This document shows, in pieces, positions 46,218 through 56,846 of a stretch of 64,000 nucleotides of DNA. The stretch comes from Chloroflexota bacterium (GTDB lineage Bacteria > Chloroflexota > Dehalococcoidia > UBA2247 > RBG-13-53-26). The first letter of the stretch is position 1; each line of letters begins with the position of its first letter. The stretch is from NCBI GenBank assembly GCA_003551705.1, contig PUNJ01000020.1, forward strand, positions 17,128 through 81,127. Direction: 5' to 3'. The notes below the pieces were generated by a model. That model was given only the letters and a program-made list of their open reading frames with translations, was not told the DNA's origin and made no database searches. The position numbers and the translations under genes were made by a program.

Positions 46218-46365
46218 GAGGGACTTCCTATCGGTCCACTGTGCCGGACCTAAAGGTTAAGAAAGCGCCGGATGACCGGTCAGGTCCCAGCCCGTGGTCC
46301 ATTTGTATAATCATAGTATGCAGGAAATCGCGCCCGCTCAAGCCGGGCAATCCAAGGAGGGCAAA

Positions 46366-47418
46366 ATGTCCAAGACAATCGAAGAACTACTAGGCAAGGA
46401 GGCTGACCGCCTCCTCAACCATACCGCCATATTTCCCAAGATGCAACTTCACCTGCCCGGCCCGGACTTCATAGACCGAGTGCTCATTTGCTCCGACAGG
46501 AGTGCAGCCGTCCTGCGCAATTTCCAAACCCTTTTTGACAACGGCCGCCTGGCGGGCACTGGCTATCTCTCCATACTGCCCATCGACCAGGGAATCGAAC
46601 ACAGTGCCGGGGCCTCCTTTGCGCCCAACCCGGAGTACTTCGATCCTGAAAACATAGTCAAGCTGGCCATCGAGGGTGGCTGCAATGCAGTAGCCTCCAC
46701 CCTGGGAGTACTGGGATCGATGGCCAGGAAATATGCCCATAAGATCCCGTTCATCATGAAAATAAACCATAATGAACTTCTCAGCTACCCGAATACGTAT
46801 GACCAGATACTCTTCGCCAGCGTGCAGCAGGCCTTCGATATGGGTGCCGTGGGCATCGGTGCGACAGTCTATTTCGGCTCAGGTGAAAGCGACCGGCAAA
46901 TACAAGAGGTTTCCCAGTCCTTCCAGATTGCTCACGAGCTTGGCATGGTGACCATACTCTGGTGCTACCTTCGCAACGAGGCATTCAAAACCAAGGAGGC
47001 CGACTACGAACTGTCGGCTGACCTCACCGGCCAAGCCAATCACCTGGCGGCCACCATTCAGGCTGACATAGTGAAGCAAAAGCAGCCTGTGAACAATGGT
47101 GGATTCAAAGCTCTTAAGTTCGGCAAGACTGTTGATGAGGTCTATAGCAGACTTACCTCGGACCATCCCATTGATCTTACCAGGTACCAGGTCATCAACA
47201 GCTATATCGGACGCGTCGGCCTGATCAACTCCGGCGGCGCTTCGGTGAAGGAGGGAGACCTGGAGGAGGCAGTAAGGACCGCCGTAATCAACAAACGGGC
47301 CGGAGGGATGGGGTTGATCACGGGTCGCAAAGCATTCCAGCGCCCCATGAAGGAGGGCATCGAGATACTCAACGCGGTGCAGGATGTGTACCTCAGCCCG
47401 GAAGTGACCATAGCATGA
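46366..47418 (+). CDS. fbaB: class I fructose-bisphosphate aldolase (DhnA/FbaB type)
   Basis: Near-collinear with E. coli FbaB ([55 protein letters not shown]). ATG after AAGGAGGG. Confidence 0.85.
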   Translation: MSKTIEELLGKEADRLLNHTAIFPKMQLHLPGPDFIDRVLICSDRSAAVLRNFQTLFDNGRLAGTGYLSILPIDQGIEHSAGASFAPNPEYFDPENIVKLAIEGGCNAVASTLGVLGSMARKYAHKIPFIMKINHNELLSYPNTYDQILFASVQQAFDMGAVGIGATVYFGSGESDRQIQEVSQSFQIAHELGMVTILWCYLRNEAFKTKEADYELSADLTGQANHLAATIQADIVKQKQPVNNGGFKALKFGKTVDEVYSRLTSDHPIDLTRYQVINSYIGRVGLINSGGASVKEGDLEEAVRTAVINKRAGGMGLITGRKAFQRPMKEGIEILNAVQDVYLSPEVTIA

Positions 47419-47474
47419 ATGGGCCGGCCCACGTATCCTGTCAGACCCATTTTGACTCCCGGTATGGCACGAAG

Positions 47475-47514
47475 TTAGGGTCTCAGGCCCTCAGTCAAGG
47501 ACCTGAGACCCTAA
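47475..47514. terminator. 13-bp inverted repeat between convergent genes (possible bidirectional terminator)
   Basis: TTAGGGTCTCAGG...CCTGAGACCCTAA. No clear U-tract, hence low confidence. Confidence 0.35.
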
Positions 47515-47544
47515 CAGTCTAGCCGGAGAACCCCCATCTCCGGG

Positions 47545-48750
47545 CTACGCCGTCTCCAATATGTTCGCCTGCTTAAGGTCCTCTATCTCTTTACTGGACA
47601 GCTTGAGTAATTCCCGGCAGACTTCCTCAGTGTGCTGACCCAGCAATGGCGCCGGCGTGCTGGGCATGATGCTGGCCCCGCTCATTCTAAAGGGGCTGCT
47701 CGAGTAAAGCCTCTTTCCGGACACCGGGTGTTCGACTTCAACGACAGCGTTCAGGTGCACCAACTGCGGGTCTGACAAGGATTGGTATGCTCGCTGCAGC
47801 ATCCCGGCTGCCACACCCGCCACCTGCATGAGTTTCATGACCTCGCCAGGTTCTCGTTCAAGGGTCCACTCGGTTATCAGCCTGTCCAACTCATCAACAT
47901 TCGCTAGACGGGCCGGCAGTGTGGAAAATTTTGCGTCCTCTGTCCAGGCTGGGTTTCCAAGGACTCTGCAGAAACTCTCCCATTCCTCGCCAGTAAACAC
48001 ACATATGGCACACCACTCATCGTTGCCCTTGCAGCGATAGGCATTGTGCGGCGCGGCGTAATTGTGGCGGTTACCGATGGCACCAGGTACCCGGTCGTTT
48101 ATTACGTAGTCCAAATAGTAATCGCCTATGGTAGCTGCAGCGACCTCGACCTGGGATATGTCTATAAACTGTCCCTTGCCTGTCCGGCGCCTGTAATCCA
48201 GGGCGGAGATGGCGGCGAATACTGCCTGCTTGCTGGCTATATGGTCGGGAAAGGGCACGTTGGCGCCAACGGGATATTCTTCATCGGGATGCCCCCACAG
48301 ATACAGCACGCCTGAGGCAGCCGCCAGCATGGGACCGTATGCCTGGTAATCTGAATACGGCCCATGAGAACCAAAACCTTGACTGCTGACATAGATTACG
48401 TCAGGCTTTATCTTCTTCACATCTTCATACCCAAAACCCAAACTCTGTACCGCGCCACCCCGGAAGTTCTCTGCCACAATATCGCTCATCTTGATGAGTT
48501 CCCGGACCAGTTCCTTGCCTCTCTCCGCTTTCAGGTTTACGCCAAAACTCCGCTTGTTCCGGTTCCCCTCGTTGAAGCCGGCGATATTATTGGGATCGGG
48601 CCCAATCGTTCGAACGAAGTCCATATTTTCCTTGGACTCGATCTTTATTACGTCGGCCCCAAGTTCTCCGAGGATCTTGCCAAAGTCGGGGATAACGCCA
48701 CCGGTACAAAAGGTAACTGCCCTTATTCCCTGCAAAGGTACGTTAGGCAT
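47545..48750 (-). CDS. family III CoA-transferase
   Basis: 401 aa. GIRAVTFCTGGVIPDFGKILGELGADVIKIE signature. AAAGGAGG SD. Confidence 0.85.
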   Translation of the reverse strand: MPNVPLQGIRAVTFCTGGVIPDFGKILGELGADVIKIESKENMDFVRTIGPDPNNIAGFNEGNRNKRSFGVNLKAERGKELVRELIKMSDIVAENFRGGAVQSLGFGYEDVKKIKPDVIYVSSQGFGSHGPYSDYQAYGPMLAAASGVLYLWGHPDEEYPVGANVPFPDHIASKQAVFAAISALDYRRRTGKGQFIDISQVEVAAATIGDYYLDYVINDRVPGAIGNRHNYAAPHNAYRCKGNDEWCAICVFTGEEWESFCRVLGNPAWTEDAKFSTLPARLANVDELDRLITEWTLEREPGEVMKLMQVAGVAAGMLQRAYQSLSDPQLVHLNAVVEVEHPVSGKRLYSSSPFRMSGASIMPSTPAPLLGQHTEEVCRELLKLSSKEIEDLKQANILETA

Positions 48751-48765
48751 TTCGATCCTCCTTTA

Positions 48766-49986
48766 CTATATGACATTCGCCCGTTTCAGGGCCGACAATT
48801 CCTGCTTCGAAAAGCCAAGTTCCTTCCTGTAGTACATCTCATTGTGCTCGCCAAGAGTCGGAGCCGTCTGCCTGATCTTGCAGGGAGTTTCGCTCCATCT
48901 ATATGGCGGTCCAGGCATCTTATACTTGCCTACAACGGGATGTTCCACATCCACAAAGAACTTCCTGGCTTTGGTGTGATCACTGTCTATGAAGTCCTTC
49001 ACGTTCCATATGGGCACGATGGGAACCCCCTCTCTGTGCCCTGCTTCAAAGAGTTCCACCATGGTATATTGCGTGGTAATCTCCAGCATAAGCGCATACA
49101 GGTCTGCGGCATTCCCGATCCTGTACATGAACTCGCGCCATTCGGGCATCATCAGGACTTCAGGGTAGTTAAGCACTTTGAGCAGTCCATCCCATTGCCG
49201 TGGTGTCAAGGCGATCACGCGTACGTATCCGTCCTTGCAGGGATAGACCGGATATACCATGGCCCCAAACCGGCCCTCGGGTGGGGGTTCAGGCATGCCA
49301 GGATTTACATTGTAGGAATACATGGCTATCGTCCAAGGATAGAGGCCAAGCCTGGAGCATTCATGTACGGAGACATCGATATACTGGCCCTCTCCGCCAT
49401 TGCTTCCCCTCTGGTACAGGGCTGTGCTGATGGATATGGAGGCGATCAGGCATGCGGAGTCATAAGATGGTGTACCAGGCAGATTGCACGGGGGCCTGTC
49501 AGGAAACCCGCTGGTAATCATGGTTGTGCTCAAGGCAAAATGCACCATGTCCGAGCCTTTCCAGTCCCTGTACGGCCCTGTTTGACCAAAATCGGTTATG
49601 CTGGCCATAACCAGTCCGGGATTGATGGCCTTGAGCGAATCATAGCCTAATCCAAGCCCCTCCAAATAGCCCGGATGGAAGCTCTCCACAAGCACGTCAG
49701 CCGACTTTACCAGCCGGCAAAGGATATCCTTGCCATCCGGCGACTCCAAGTCCAGCGTGATGCCGAACTTGTTGGCATTCCGGTAGAGAAAAAACAGGCT
49801 TCGCTCTTCGCAAATCTCGTCCTCCGCAAAGGGAGGGTACGAGCGGGCTGGGTCTCCCTCAGGGGGTTCGATCTTGATGACTTCAGCCCCCTGGTCGGCA
49901 AGAAGTTTGGTACAATAAGTACCCTTGTTATCAGTCAAGTCTAGAACGCGGTATATACCCAGTGAACCTTCCTGCTTTTTGGGCAC
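48766..49986 (-). CDS. family III CoA-transferase
   Basis: YRVLDLTDNKGTYCTKLLADQGAEVIKIE signature. Start moved to the GTG 7 nt after AAAGGAGG (codon 11 of the listed ORF). Confidence 0.8.
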   Translation of the reverse strand: MPKKQEGSLGIYRVLDLTDNKGTYCTKLLADQGAEVIKIEPPEGDPARSYPPFAEDEICEERSLFFLYRNANKFGITLDLESPDGKDILCRLVKSADVLVESFHPGYLEGLGLGYDSLKAINPGLVMASITDFGQTGPYRDWKGSDMVHFALSTTMITSGFPDRPPCNLPGTPSYDSACLIASISISTALYQRGSNGGEGQYIDVSVHECSRLGLYPWTIAMYSYNVNPGMPEPPPEGRFGAMVYPVYPCKDGYVRVIALTPRQWDGLLKVLNYPEVLMMPEWREFMYRIGNAADLYALMLEITTQYTMVELFEAGHREGVPIVPIWNVKDFIDSDHTKARKFFVDVEHPVVGKYKMPGPPYRWSETPCKIRQTAPTLGEHNEMYYRKELGFSKQELSALKRANVI

Positions 49987-50167
49987 AGTGATACCTCCTT
50001 TCAAAGTCGGACTCACCGCTTAAGCAGATGGATGCATGCAGGGGGAAAGGAGGTATAGGTGCCCCCACCTTTGCACCGCCGCGGTACGGCAGAACCCTTT
50101 GGAGTAAATAATATATCAAATGAGTCTTGTTGAGAAGCCTTCGGCAAACTTGTGTGCCCGTCACTCA

Positions 50168-50917
50168 TCACTCGCAGCCCAGATACCGCAAAAACCACTC
50201 CACCGATAGCCCAACCAGTCTTTCCAGTGCTTCAGGCCCGTCAAGACTGTGGTCTCCGCCTGATATCACCTCCAGGGCCTTCGGTTCACGGGCAGCTTCG
50301 TATATTCTATAGCCATCACGTAAGGGCACCGCTTCATCTTCGGCACCATGGATCACCAGCAAAGGACAGCCCGTTTCGGACGCCGCCTTTAGAATGTCGA
50401 ACTGCCTGGTATCTTCAAGTCCCTCAGCCTTGATCCGCCTGCCCGAAGGTAATGTCAACAGCCTGCTGCTCCTCCCGTTGTCCAACCACCCGAGAATATC
50501 CGGAGACAATATGCATGGGGTTGCCACGACCACCATGGCCTTTATGCGGGAGTCCCGGGAAGCCAATGCTACCATCCCGCCCAAGCTGGACCCGATGGTC
50601 CCCAGCCGGTCAATATCTATGTCCATGGACTGAGCGAAGTCCAAGGCTGCCCGGTAGTCCTGAATGCGGCCGCTCAGACTGGTATTCTCAAAGTCCCCTT
50701 CACTCTTTCCTCGGCCCTCACCGCAACCACTATAGGTAAATCTCAAACAGGCAAATCCCGCCTCGTTCAGTGCCCTGTCCAGAACCAGCCATTTGTTGCC
50801 ATCCTTGTGGCTTTCCAGACCATGGGATAAAACAACGCACGGACTTCCCGGCGAAGGCAAGCTGAAGCTGGCAGCTAAGGCCATGCCCTGGCTCTTGAAG
50901 GTCAATTCCTGTTCCAT
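50168..50917 (-). CDS. alpha/beta-fold hydrolase (dienelactone-hydrolase/BAAT-like)
   Basis: GSSLGG nucleophile elbow. Start set at the ATG with GAGAGG SD (M38 of the listed ORF). Confidence 0.6.
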   Translation of the reverse strand: MEQELTFKSQGMALAASFSLPSPGSPCVVLSHGLESHKDGNKWLVLDRALNEAGFACLRFTYSGCGEGRGKSEGDFENTSLSGRIQDYRAALDFAQSMDIDIDRLGTIGSSLGGMVALASRDSRIKAMVVVATPCILSPDILGWLDNGRSSRLLTLPSGRRIKAEGLEDTRQFDILKAASETGCPLLVIHGAEDEAVPLRDGYRIYEAAREPKALEVISGGDHSLDGPEALERLVGLSVEWFLRYLGCE

Positions 50918-51142
50918 TAAGACACCTCTCGGGGGACAAGATACAACAATCCATAAACAAACGCCAAACCCTTGAGAACAGCCCCACGTATGTTCGCTGC
51001 ATAAAAAGGTAATCGACAGGCTATCCAATTGCAGATTATTTCCGGTCTGCTATTATAAGGAGTCGGATTATATTACGAAATATTGCACATGATTCTGTTT
51101 GGGCATGCTGGTCACTGAAGCTAACCATGCAGGCCCGGAGGT

Positions 51143-52414
51143 ATGATGACAGACACCGAAACACTATATCTGGTCCTGGCGATAATCTTCGTCGGACTGT
51201 CGGCCTTCTTCTCCAGTTCGGAAACAGCCTTTATATCCCTGCAGAGGATTCGCATCAAGCACCTGGAAAGCCAACAGGTGCAAGGGGCCTCTCGGGTGGC
51301 CAAGCTGCTGGAAAGGCCGGAGAGGTTCCTGTCCACTGTTCTCCTGGGCAACAACTTCGTGAACACGGCAGCCGCAGCTCTGGGTACCGCGGTCGCACTG
51401 TCCCTGCTGCCGGGCGAGCAGCAACTGGCTCTGATCCTCGCTACCATAATAGTCACCATGATACTTCTCATCGCCGCCGAGATCGTGCCCAAGATCGCGG
51501 CTTCACAGCATAGCGAGAGAATGGCCCTGGTATATATAACCCCTATCCTGGTTATATCCTGGGTGCTCAGGCCTTTCGTCCTCGTTCTGGAGTGGATAGG
51601 CACCGGGGCCAGCAAGTTGATAGGCGGTGAACCAATGTCCAGGCACCTGGTCACCGAGGAAGAGATCCGGACCATGATCTCGGTGGGTAAGGAGGCCGGT
51701 GTGGTTGAAGAAGCTGAAGCCAAGATGCTGCACAAAGTGTTCGAGTTCGGTGACGATCCGGTCCATGAGGCCATGACACCCAGAACACAGGTGGTCTGGC
51801 TCGAGAGAGGTACAACCCTCGGCGCTTTCCTGGACATCTATTCCCAGAACCCACACAGCCGCTTCCCTGTTTATGAGGAGACCCCTGACAACATCATCGG
51901 CATGCTGTCAATCAAGGACGTGCTTCTCGCTCAAGCCCACGGAGAGTTTGATCGGGATGCCAGCATAGACGGCATGCTAAGGCCCATAACCTTTGTACCT
52001 GAAAGCAAACGGATTGGACAGCTTTTTACGGAAATGCAGGCGGAGGGGAACCAGATGGCTATTGTGGTGGATGAATGGGGTGGTATTGACGGTATAGTTA
52101 CCATGGAACAGCTTCTGGAACAGATAGTAGGACATTTTGGTGATGAACTGGCCCGGCAGGTGAGTGATTTCCAGGCGATCGACGAATACACCTACGAGGT
52201 GGACGGCAGCATGCGCGTTGAGGAGGTAAACGAGCAGATGCACCTGGATATCCCGGAGGGTGATTATGAGACCATCGCCGGCTTTGTTCTCAGCAAGCTG
52301 GGCCATATTCCCCAGCAAGGCGCCCAGATCAGATTTGGTGAATTGAAGTTCACCATAAAAGAAATGCGCAACCTCAGAATCGAGAAGCTGCGCATTACCA
52401 AAGAAATCCGGTAG
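51143..52414 (+). CDS. CNNM/CorC-HlyC family transporter (DUF21 membrane domain + CBS pair + CorC_HlyC)
   Basis: 423 aa. N-terminal TM domain, tandem CBS region and C-terminal transporter-associated domain. GGAGG SD. Confidence 0.8.
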   Translation: MMTDTETLYLVLAIIFVGLSAFFSSSETAFISLQRIRIKHLESQQVQGASRVAKLLERPERFLSTVLLGNNFVNTAAAALGTAVALSLLPGEQQLALILATIIVTMILLIAAEIVPKIAASQHSERMALVYITPILVISWVLRPFVLVLEWIGTGASKLIGGEPMSRHLVTEEEIRTMISVGKEAGVVEEAEAKMLHKVFEFGDDPVHEAMTPRTQVVWLERGTTLGAFLDIYSQNPHSRFPVYEETPDNIIGMLSIKDVLLAQAHGEFDRDASIDGMLRPITFVPESKRIGQLFTEMQAEGNQMAIVVDEWGGIDGIVTMEQLLEQIVGHFGDELARQVSDFQAIDEYTYEVDGSMRVEEVNEQMHLDIPEGDYETIAGFVLSKLGHIPQQGAQIRFGELKFTIKEMRNLRIEKLRITKEIR

Positions 52415-52426
52415 GACAAGCAGAAC

Positions 52427-52453
52427 GGGGAGCAATCTGCTCCCCGTATTTCC
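52427..52453. terminator. hairpin terminator GGGGAGCA-ATC-TGCTCCCC + GTATTTCC between convergent genes
   Basis: 8-bp GC stem, located between the CorC-family stop and the L25 stop. Confidence 0.5.
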
Positions 52454-52463
52454 TAAGGCGTTA

Positions 52464-53069
52464 TTACTCTTCTTCCCCTTCTTCCTCTGCAGCCTCTGCT
52501 TCTCCCTCGGCCACAGTTGCGGTCACCCTAACAACAGTCAGTTCTGGATCATCCATTATCCGAGCGTTGGGGCCCAGACCGAGGTCTCTGACATGGATCG
52601 CCTGCTCAGCCTCAGTCAGAGAGCTGATATCAACCTCAACTTGGGGCGGAATGTTCATGGGAAAAGCCTCAACGGTAAGGGTGTCCAACTCCTGCGTAAT
52701 CAGATTGGCCTTGATTTTGCTCGCCGGTGCCTCTCCTACCAGCACAACCGGGACTTCAACCTGCACGTTCACACCCATTCTCACTTCCAACAAATCAATA
52801 TGAAGGTAGTCTCCGGTGCGGGGATCTCGCTGCACCTCTCCAACAAATACATTCCTGGGTCGCGGGTCTTCGTCGATGTTCAGGCTGATGAGCCGGCTAT
52901 GCCCCGCCGCTGAAAGAGCGCGTCTCAGTTGATCACCCTCACACTGCACGGCCCGGGATTCGACCCCATGCCCGTATACGTGCACCGGTATGATCCCCTG
53001 CCTGCGGAGAAACCTGACTTTCTTTCCAAGGATATCGCGGGATTCAACCCGCAGTTTTATCTGGTCCAT
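52464..53069 (-). CDS. rplY: 50S ribosomal protein L25 / general stress protein Ctc
   Basis: 201 aa. L25 N-domain plus Ctc-type C-terminal extension with acidic tail. AAGGAGAGG SD. Confidence 0.85.
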   Translation of the reverse strand: MDQIKLRVESRDILGKKVRFLRRQGIIPVHVYGHGVESRAVQCEGDQLRRALSAAGHSRLISLNIDEDPRPRNVFVGEVQRDPRTGDYLHIDLLEVRMGVNVQVEVPVVLVGEAPASKIKANLITQELDTLTVEAFPMNIPPQVEVDISSLTEAEQAIHVRDLGLGPNARIMDDPELTVVRVTATVAEGEAEAAEEEGEEE

Positions 53070-53107
53070 TCATCCTCTCCTTATTCTGCCTCTGTTTACT
53101 TGTTCCA

Positions 53108-53857
53108 TCAATCATAATCCCTTACGAAACTGATTAGCAACTCGTTGAACCGCTGATTCAAACGCAGATGGGGTGCATGGCCGCGGCAGGGCATAATTTC
53201 CAGGCGTGCACCCGATACCAGTCCGGCCGCTTTGTAGGCTCCATTTACGGTGTAGTACGGGTCCTGCCGGCTCCATACTATCATGGTGGGTACGACCAGT
53301 TCCGGCAACCGGTCCAGGCAGACCCACTGCCCGTATCCCCCGTTTTCCTGCATGAACTTGGGATATGGTTGTGGCAGTCCCATTATCCTGCGAGCACCGT
53401 GAAAGAGTGTGCCCAAACAGCTTCCCCACCAGGCCAATTTGGTGAAAGCTGCCGCATTTACCAGAACGAGCTTGCTCACCTTCTCAGGGTGCCGCAGGGC
53501 TATCTCCAAGCAGACGCGACCTCCAAGGGAATGGCCCACCAGCACCGGCGAGGTCAGCTCAACCTCTTCGAGGAACCGCAGAGTGAAGTCGACGAAATCC
53601 GAGAGGTAGTAACCATCCTTGCTCTTATCACTCCCACCATAACCAATCAGATCAGGGGCGTACAGGGAGTGAGATCCGGAAAGTGCCTGCATGGTACCCA
53701 ACCAATCTCTGGAATCGCTTGCCCCGCCATGCAGGAGCAGAATCGGTCTGCCCTCTCCAGCAGTGAGGTAGTGCACCTGGTACTCGCCCGCTTGCGTTAC
53801 TCGCCCTTGGACGGTAGATGCCAGCGGCGAGTCCGCCAGACCGCTGTCAATCAACAT
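53108..53857 (-). CDS. alpha/beta-fold hydrolase
   Basis: HGGASDSRDW...GHSLGG nucleophile elbow; 249 aa. Confidence 0.7.
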   Translation of the reverse strand: MLIDSGLADSPLASTVQGRVTQAGEYQVHYLTAGEGRPILLLHGGASDSRDWLGTMQALSGSHSLYAPDLIGYGGSDKSKDGYYLSDFVDFTLRFLEEVELTSPVLVGHSLGGRVCLEIALRHPEKVSKLVLVNAAAFTKLAWWGSCLGTLFHGARRIMGLPQPYPKFMQENGGYGQWVCLDRLPELVVPTMIVWSRQDPYYTVNGAYKAAGLVSGARLEIMPCRGHAPHLRLNQRFNELLISFVRDYD

Positions 53858-54019
53858 ACGTTAAATGATAGTACAGGAGGGAACCTACGACAAACCGGGA
53901 TTTCGTTTACAATGCGATTGGCCAGGTATCGAAGTAATGAAGAGTGACCCGTGGAACATACAGCAAGGCCTTGTTATAATGGTTCCCGACTAGGAACTCC
54001 CCAATCCAAGGAGTACGAT

Positions 54020-54247
54020 ATGATGAAGAAATCACCCATCTCCTTGCCTTGCGCACTGTGCCGCGGTTCTGGAAAGTCCGCTGGCAGCAAATGTATAGCT
54101 TGCACGGGTAAAGGCGGGGTCCTCGTTCATCCCAGGGAAGACGGCACCGGCTTACCATGCGGCAACTGCGGAGGTTCAGGCAAAAGCTGGGGGCATATAT
54201 GCAAGTCCTGCTTGGGCACCGGTTGGCAGGACAGGGTGGTTGTGTAA
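54020..54247 (+). CDS. DnaJ-type cysteine-rich zinc-finger miniprotein (4 x CxxCxGxG)
   Basis: 76 aa from the ATG after AAGGAG. Repeats CALCRGSG, CIACTGKG, CGNCGGSG, CKSCLGTG. Confidence 0.5.
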   Translation: MMKKSPISLPCALCRGSGKSAGSKCIACTGKGGVLVHPREDGTGLPCGNCGGSGKSWGHICKSCLGTGWQDRVVV

Positions 54248-54279
54248 CCTGCCGGCGGCGCTAAGCCCGGCAACCTCAC

Positions 54280-54308
54280 TTGACAGCCGTCAACCAGCCC
54301 GATATTAT
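54280..54308 (+). promoter_or_regulatory. sigma70-like promoter (TTGACA-17-TATTAT)
   Basis: Consensus -35 and a good -10, located about 80 nt upstream of the second dehydratase operon. Confidence 0.3.
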
Positions 54309-54385
54309 CAAAAAAACCGCTAGACCCGCCCCAGTTCGCACCCATTCAGCAGCATAGGGGGGAACCCCTCTTGAAGGAGGAGTTA

Positions 54386-55534
54386 ATGTTGCCTAAACAC
54401 GAGGGTTCAAGAGCACTCAAACAATTCTCAATCGCAACCTCTACCCTGGTCAATCCTGAAATGAATCGATGGAGAGAGCAGGGTGGCCGGTTCATGGGCT
54501 ACTTCTGCTCGGCCATGCCTGTGGAAATGATCACCGCGGCAGGACTTTTCCCTTTCCGTGTACGAGCTACGGGGAGTACGGGAACGGAGTTATCGGACTC
54601 CTATTTCAGCAGCATCAACTGCTCGTTTCCGCGTCACGCCTTCAACATGGCCCTGAACGGAGACTTCGATTTCCTGGATGGCCTGGTCGTCTTCAACAGT
54701 TGCGACCATGTGCGCCGCGCTTATGACCACTGGGTTCACCAACTGAAGACGCCATTCGTGCAGATATTGAGCCTTCCCAAGAAGACCGAGGCCCCACAAA
54801 TTGAGTGGTTCACGGATGAGCTCCGCATTTTCAAAGAGCGCATGCAGGACTTCTACCGCGTGGAAATTACCGACGAAAAGCTGCAGGAAGCCATCACCCA
54901 GCATAACCGGTCACGGCGCCTGCTGCGAGACCTGTATGCTACCCGCAAGGCCGATAACCCGCCAATTACGGGTGCAGAGATGCTGGCCGTTACCGTCGCT
55001 GGTTCGGCTATGCCGCAAGATGTCTATGCACGGCTGCTCGATGAGTTGGTCGATGAGACGAAGGGGATGGAAGGCCATGCAGGTTACAGAGCCAGGCTGA
55101 TGCTGACAGGCGGTCTACTGGACAATCCGGAGTATCTAGAGACCATCGAAGGCCAGGGAGGCCTGATAGTAGCGGACGCCCTCTGCTACGGGTCACGAAC
55201 ACTGTGGAAGGACGTGGACGAGAATGCGGCTGATCCGCTTGTCGCTCTGGCCCAGTACTACATAGCGGATCGACCCTCTTGCCCCCGTATGTACACGGAG
55301 TATCCAAAGAGGACTAACTATATCAGGGAAATGGTCAGGGAATTTCGGGTTGACGGGGTAATTTTCCAACGCCTCTCATTCTGCGAAACATGGGGACTGG
55401 AGCAGTACTCAATGACCAACGATTTCAAAGAATGGAACATACCTCTTCTCTGCCTCGAACGAGAATACGTTCCGGGCGGGACCGGGCAACTGAAGACCAG
55501 AATACAAGCCTTTCTGGAAGCACTGGGGAGATAG
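54386..55534 (+). CDS. 2-hydroxyacyl-CoA dehydratase subunit (HgdA/HadB family); second locus
   Basis: Paralogue of 12007..13152 (GYFCSAMPVEMITAAGLFPFR). Start at the ATG after GAAGGAGGAG. Confidence 0.75.
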   Translation: MLPKHEGSRALKQFSIATSTLVNPEMNRWREQGGRFMGYFCSAMPVEMITAAGLFPFRVRATGSTGTELSDSYFSSINCSFPRHAFNMALNGDFDFLDGLVVFNSCDHVRRAYDHWVHQLKTPFVQILSLPKKTEAPQIEWFTDELRIFKERMQDFYRVEITDEKLQEAITQHNRSRRLLRDLYATRKADNPPITGAEMLAVTVAGSAMPQDVYARLLDELVDETKGMEGHAGYRARLMLTGGLLDNPEYLETIEGQGGLIVADALCYGSRTLWKDVDENAADPLVALAQYYIADRPSCPRMYTEYPKRTNYIREMVREFRVDGVIFQRLSFCETWGLEQYSMTNDFKEWNIPLLCLEREYVPGGTGQLKTRIQAFLEALGR

Positions 55535-55538
55535 AATA

Positions 55539-56846
55539 ATGGATGCAAAGAAAGAACGAAGTGTATCAAGGCTCCGTGAAGAAATCGCCATGTTCGAGCC
55601 CATACTCGAGGTATTGAAGCTCGACCCAGGCGAGATGGGTGAGCTGCAGATGTTCATTATCGAGGACATACTGAACGGTCACCGCAGGGTTATTGAAGCT
55701 GTCGAACAAGACCAGGTATTCCTTGCCAGCCAGTTCACCAATCCGGTAGAGATACTGACGGCTATAGATGTTCCCTGGTATTTTCACGTTGCCAGCCAGT
55801 TCATGGCCGGCGGGACTGGCGGAAGCCCGCATACGGACGAGGACCTCGAAGAGATGGACAAGCTGGGCATCCCATCGGACTGTTGCACCCTCATGCGCCT
55901 GTTGCTTTATCATCAGGCTGCTGGGTTGCTGCCGATCCCAACAGCATACCTGGCATTGACCGAACCGTGTGATAGCGTTGCCGGCATGCATGCAGTCTTC
56001 ATGAACCATCCCGACTGGAGAAATGTATCGTGCTTCGCGCCTGACCCGCCGTATCATAATGACGAGAGAGCTGTCACTTACTATGCAGGCGAAATAAAGA
56101 GGATGGTCGAGTTTGTGGAAAAGCACACAGGAAAGACCATGGACATGGCCCGCCTCAAAGAGGTGATAGACGAGACCAACAAGGGCTACTCCCTTTGGAT
56201 GGAATACAACGACTTGAGAAGGTCGGTGCCCACACCACATGGCCACGTTATGCCAATGTCATGCTTCCATCTGGTGAACACTACCGGTGCCGGGGACCCG
56301 GCCAAGACAGCCTGGTACGAAAAGATGGTTGCCAACGCAGAAGCCCGTGTCCGTGAGAACAGGCCGGAGGTGCCCAACCAGAAGATCAGGCTTTTCTGGT
56401 ACGATATTCAACCAATGTTCTTTGGCGAACTAGTGCCATGGCTCGAGCAAGAGTGGGGAGCAGTCATCGCCATGGACATGATAAGCTACTGTCCCTACGA
56501 ACTTATAGACACTTCCACCGAAGATGCCATGTTCAAGGGGCTCGCCAAACGAGCTTTCCAGCACGGACCCATGGTCCACCAGGCGCGCGGCCTGGCCAAT
56601 AACGTGGTCCATGATATCACCCGGATCGTGAGCGACTACGGTATTGACTGCGTTGTCTTTCCAGGCCACATGGGCCACAAGGACATGGCAGCCAGCGCCA
56701 GCTTCATGCGGGAGGTATGTCGAGACCTGGGAGTCCCGTTCATGCATATAGGCATGGATGTATGTGACAAACGGTACACTACCGTTGATGAAATAAAGGA
56801 TAAGATGTCACACTTCTTTACCGCTATGGGGTTGGGTCAGAAATAG
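55539..56846 (+). CDS. 2-hydroxyacyl-CoA dehydratase subunit (HgdB/HadC family); second locus
   Basis: Paralogue of 10674..11996. Its ATG overlaps the upstream stop. Confidence 0.75.
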   Translation: MDAKKERSVSRLREEIAMFEPILEVLKLDPGEMGELQMFIIEDILNGHRRVIEAVEQDQVFLASQFTNPVEILTAIDVPWYFHVASQFMAGGTGGSPHTDEDLEEMDKLGIPSDCCTLMRLLLYHQAAGLLPIPTAYLALTEPCDSVAGMHAVFMNHPDWRNVSCFAPDPPYHNDERAVTYYAGEIKRMVEFVEKHTGKTMDMARLKEVIDETNKGYSLWMEYNDLRRSVPTPHGHVMPMSCFHLVNTTGAGDPAKTAWYEKMVANAEARVRENRPEVPNQKIRLFWYDIQPMFFGELVPWLEQEWGAVIAMDMISYCPYELIDTSTEDAMFKGLAKRAFQHGPMVHQARGLANNVVHDITRIVSDYGIDCVVFPGHMGHKDMAASASFMREVCRDLGVPFMHIGMDVCDKRYTTVDEIKDKMSHFFTAMGLGQK

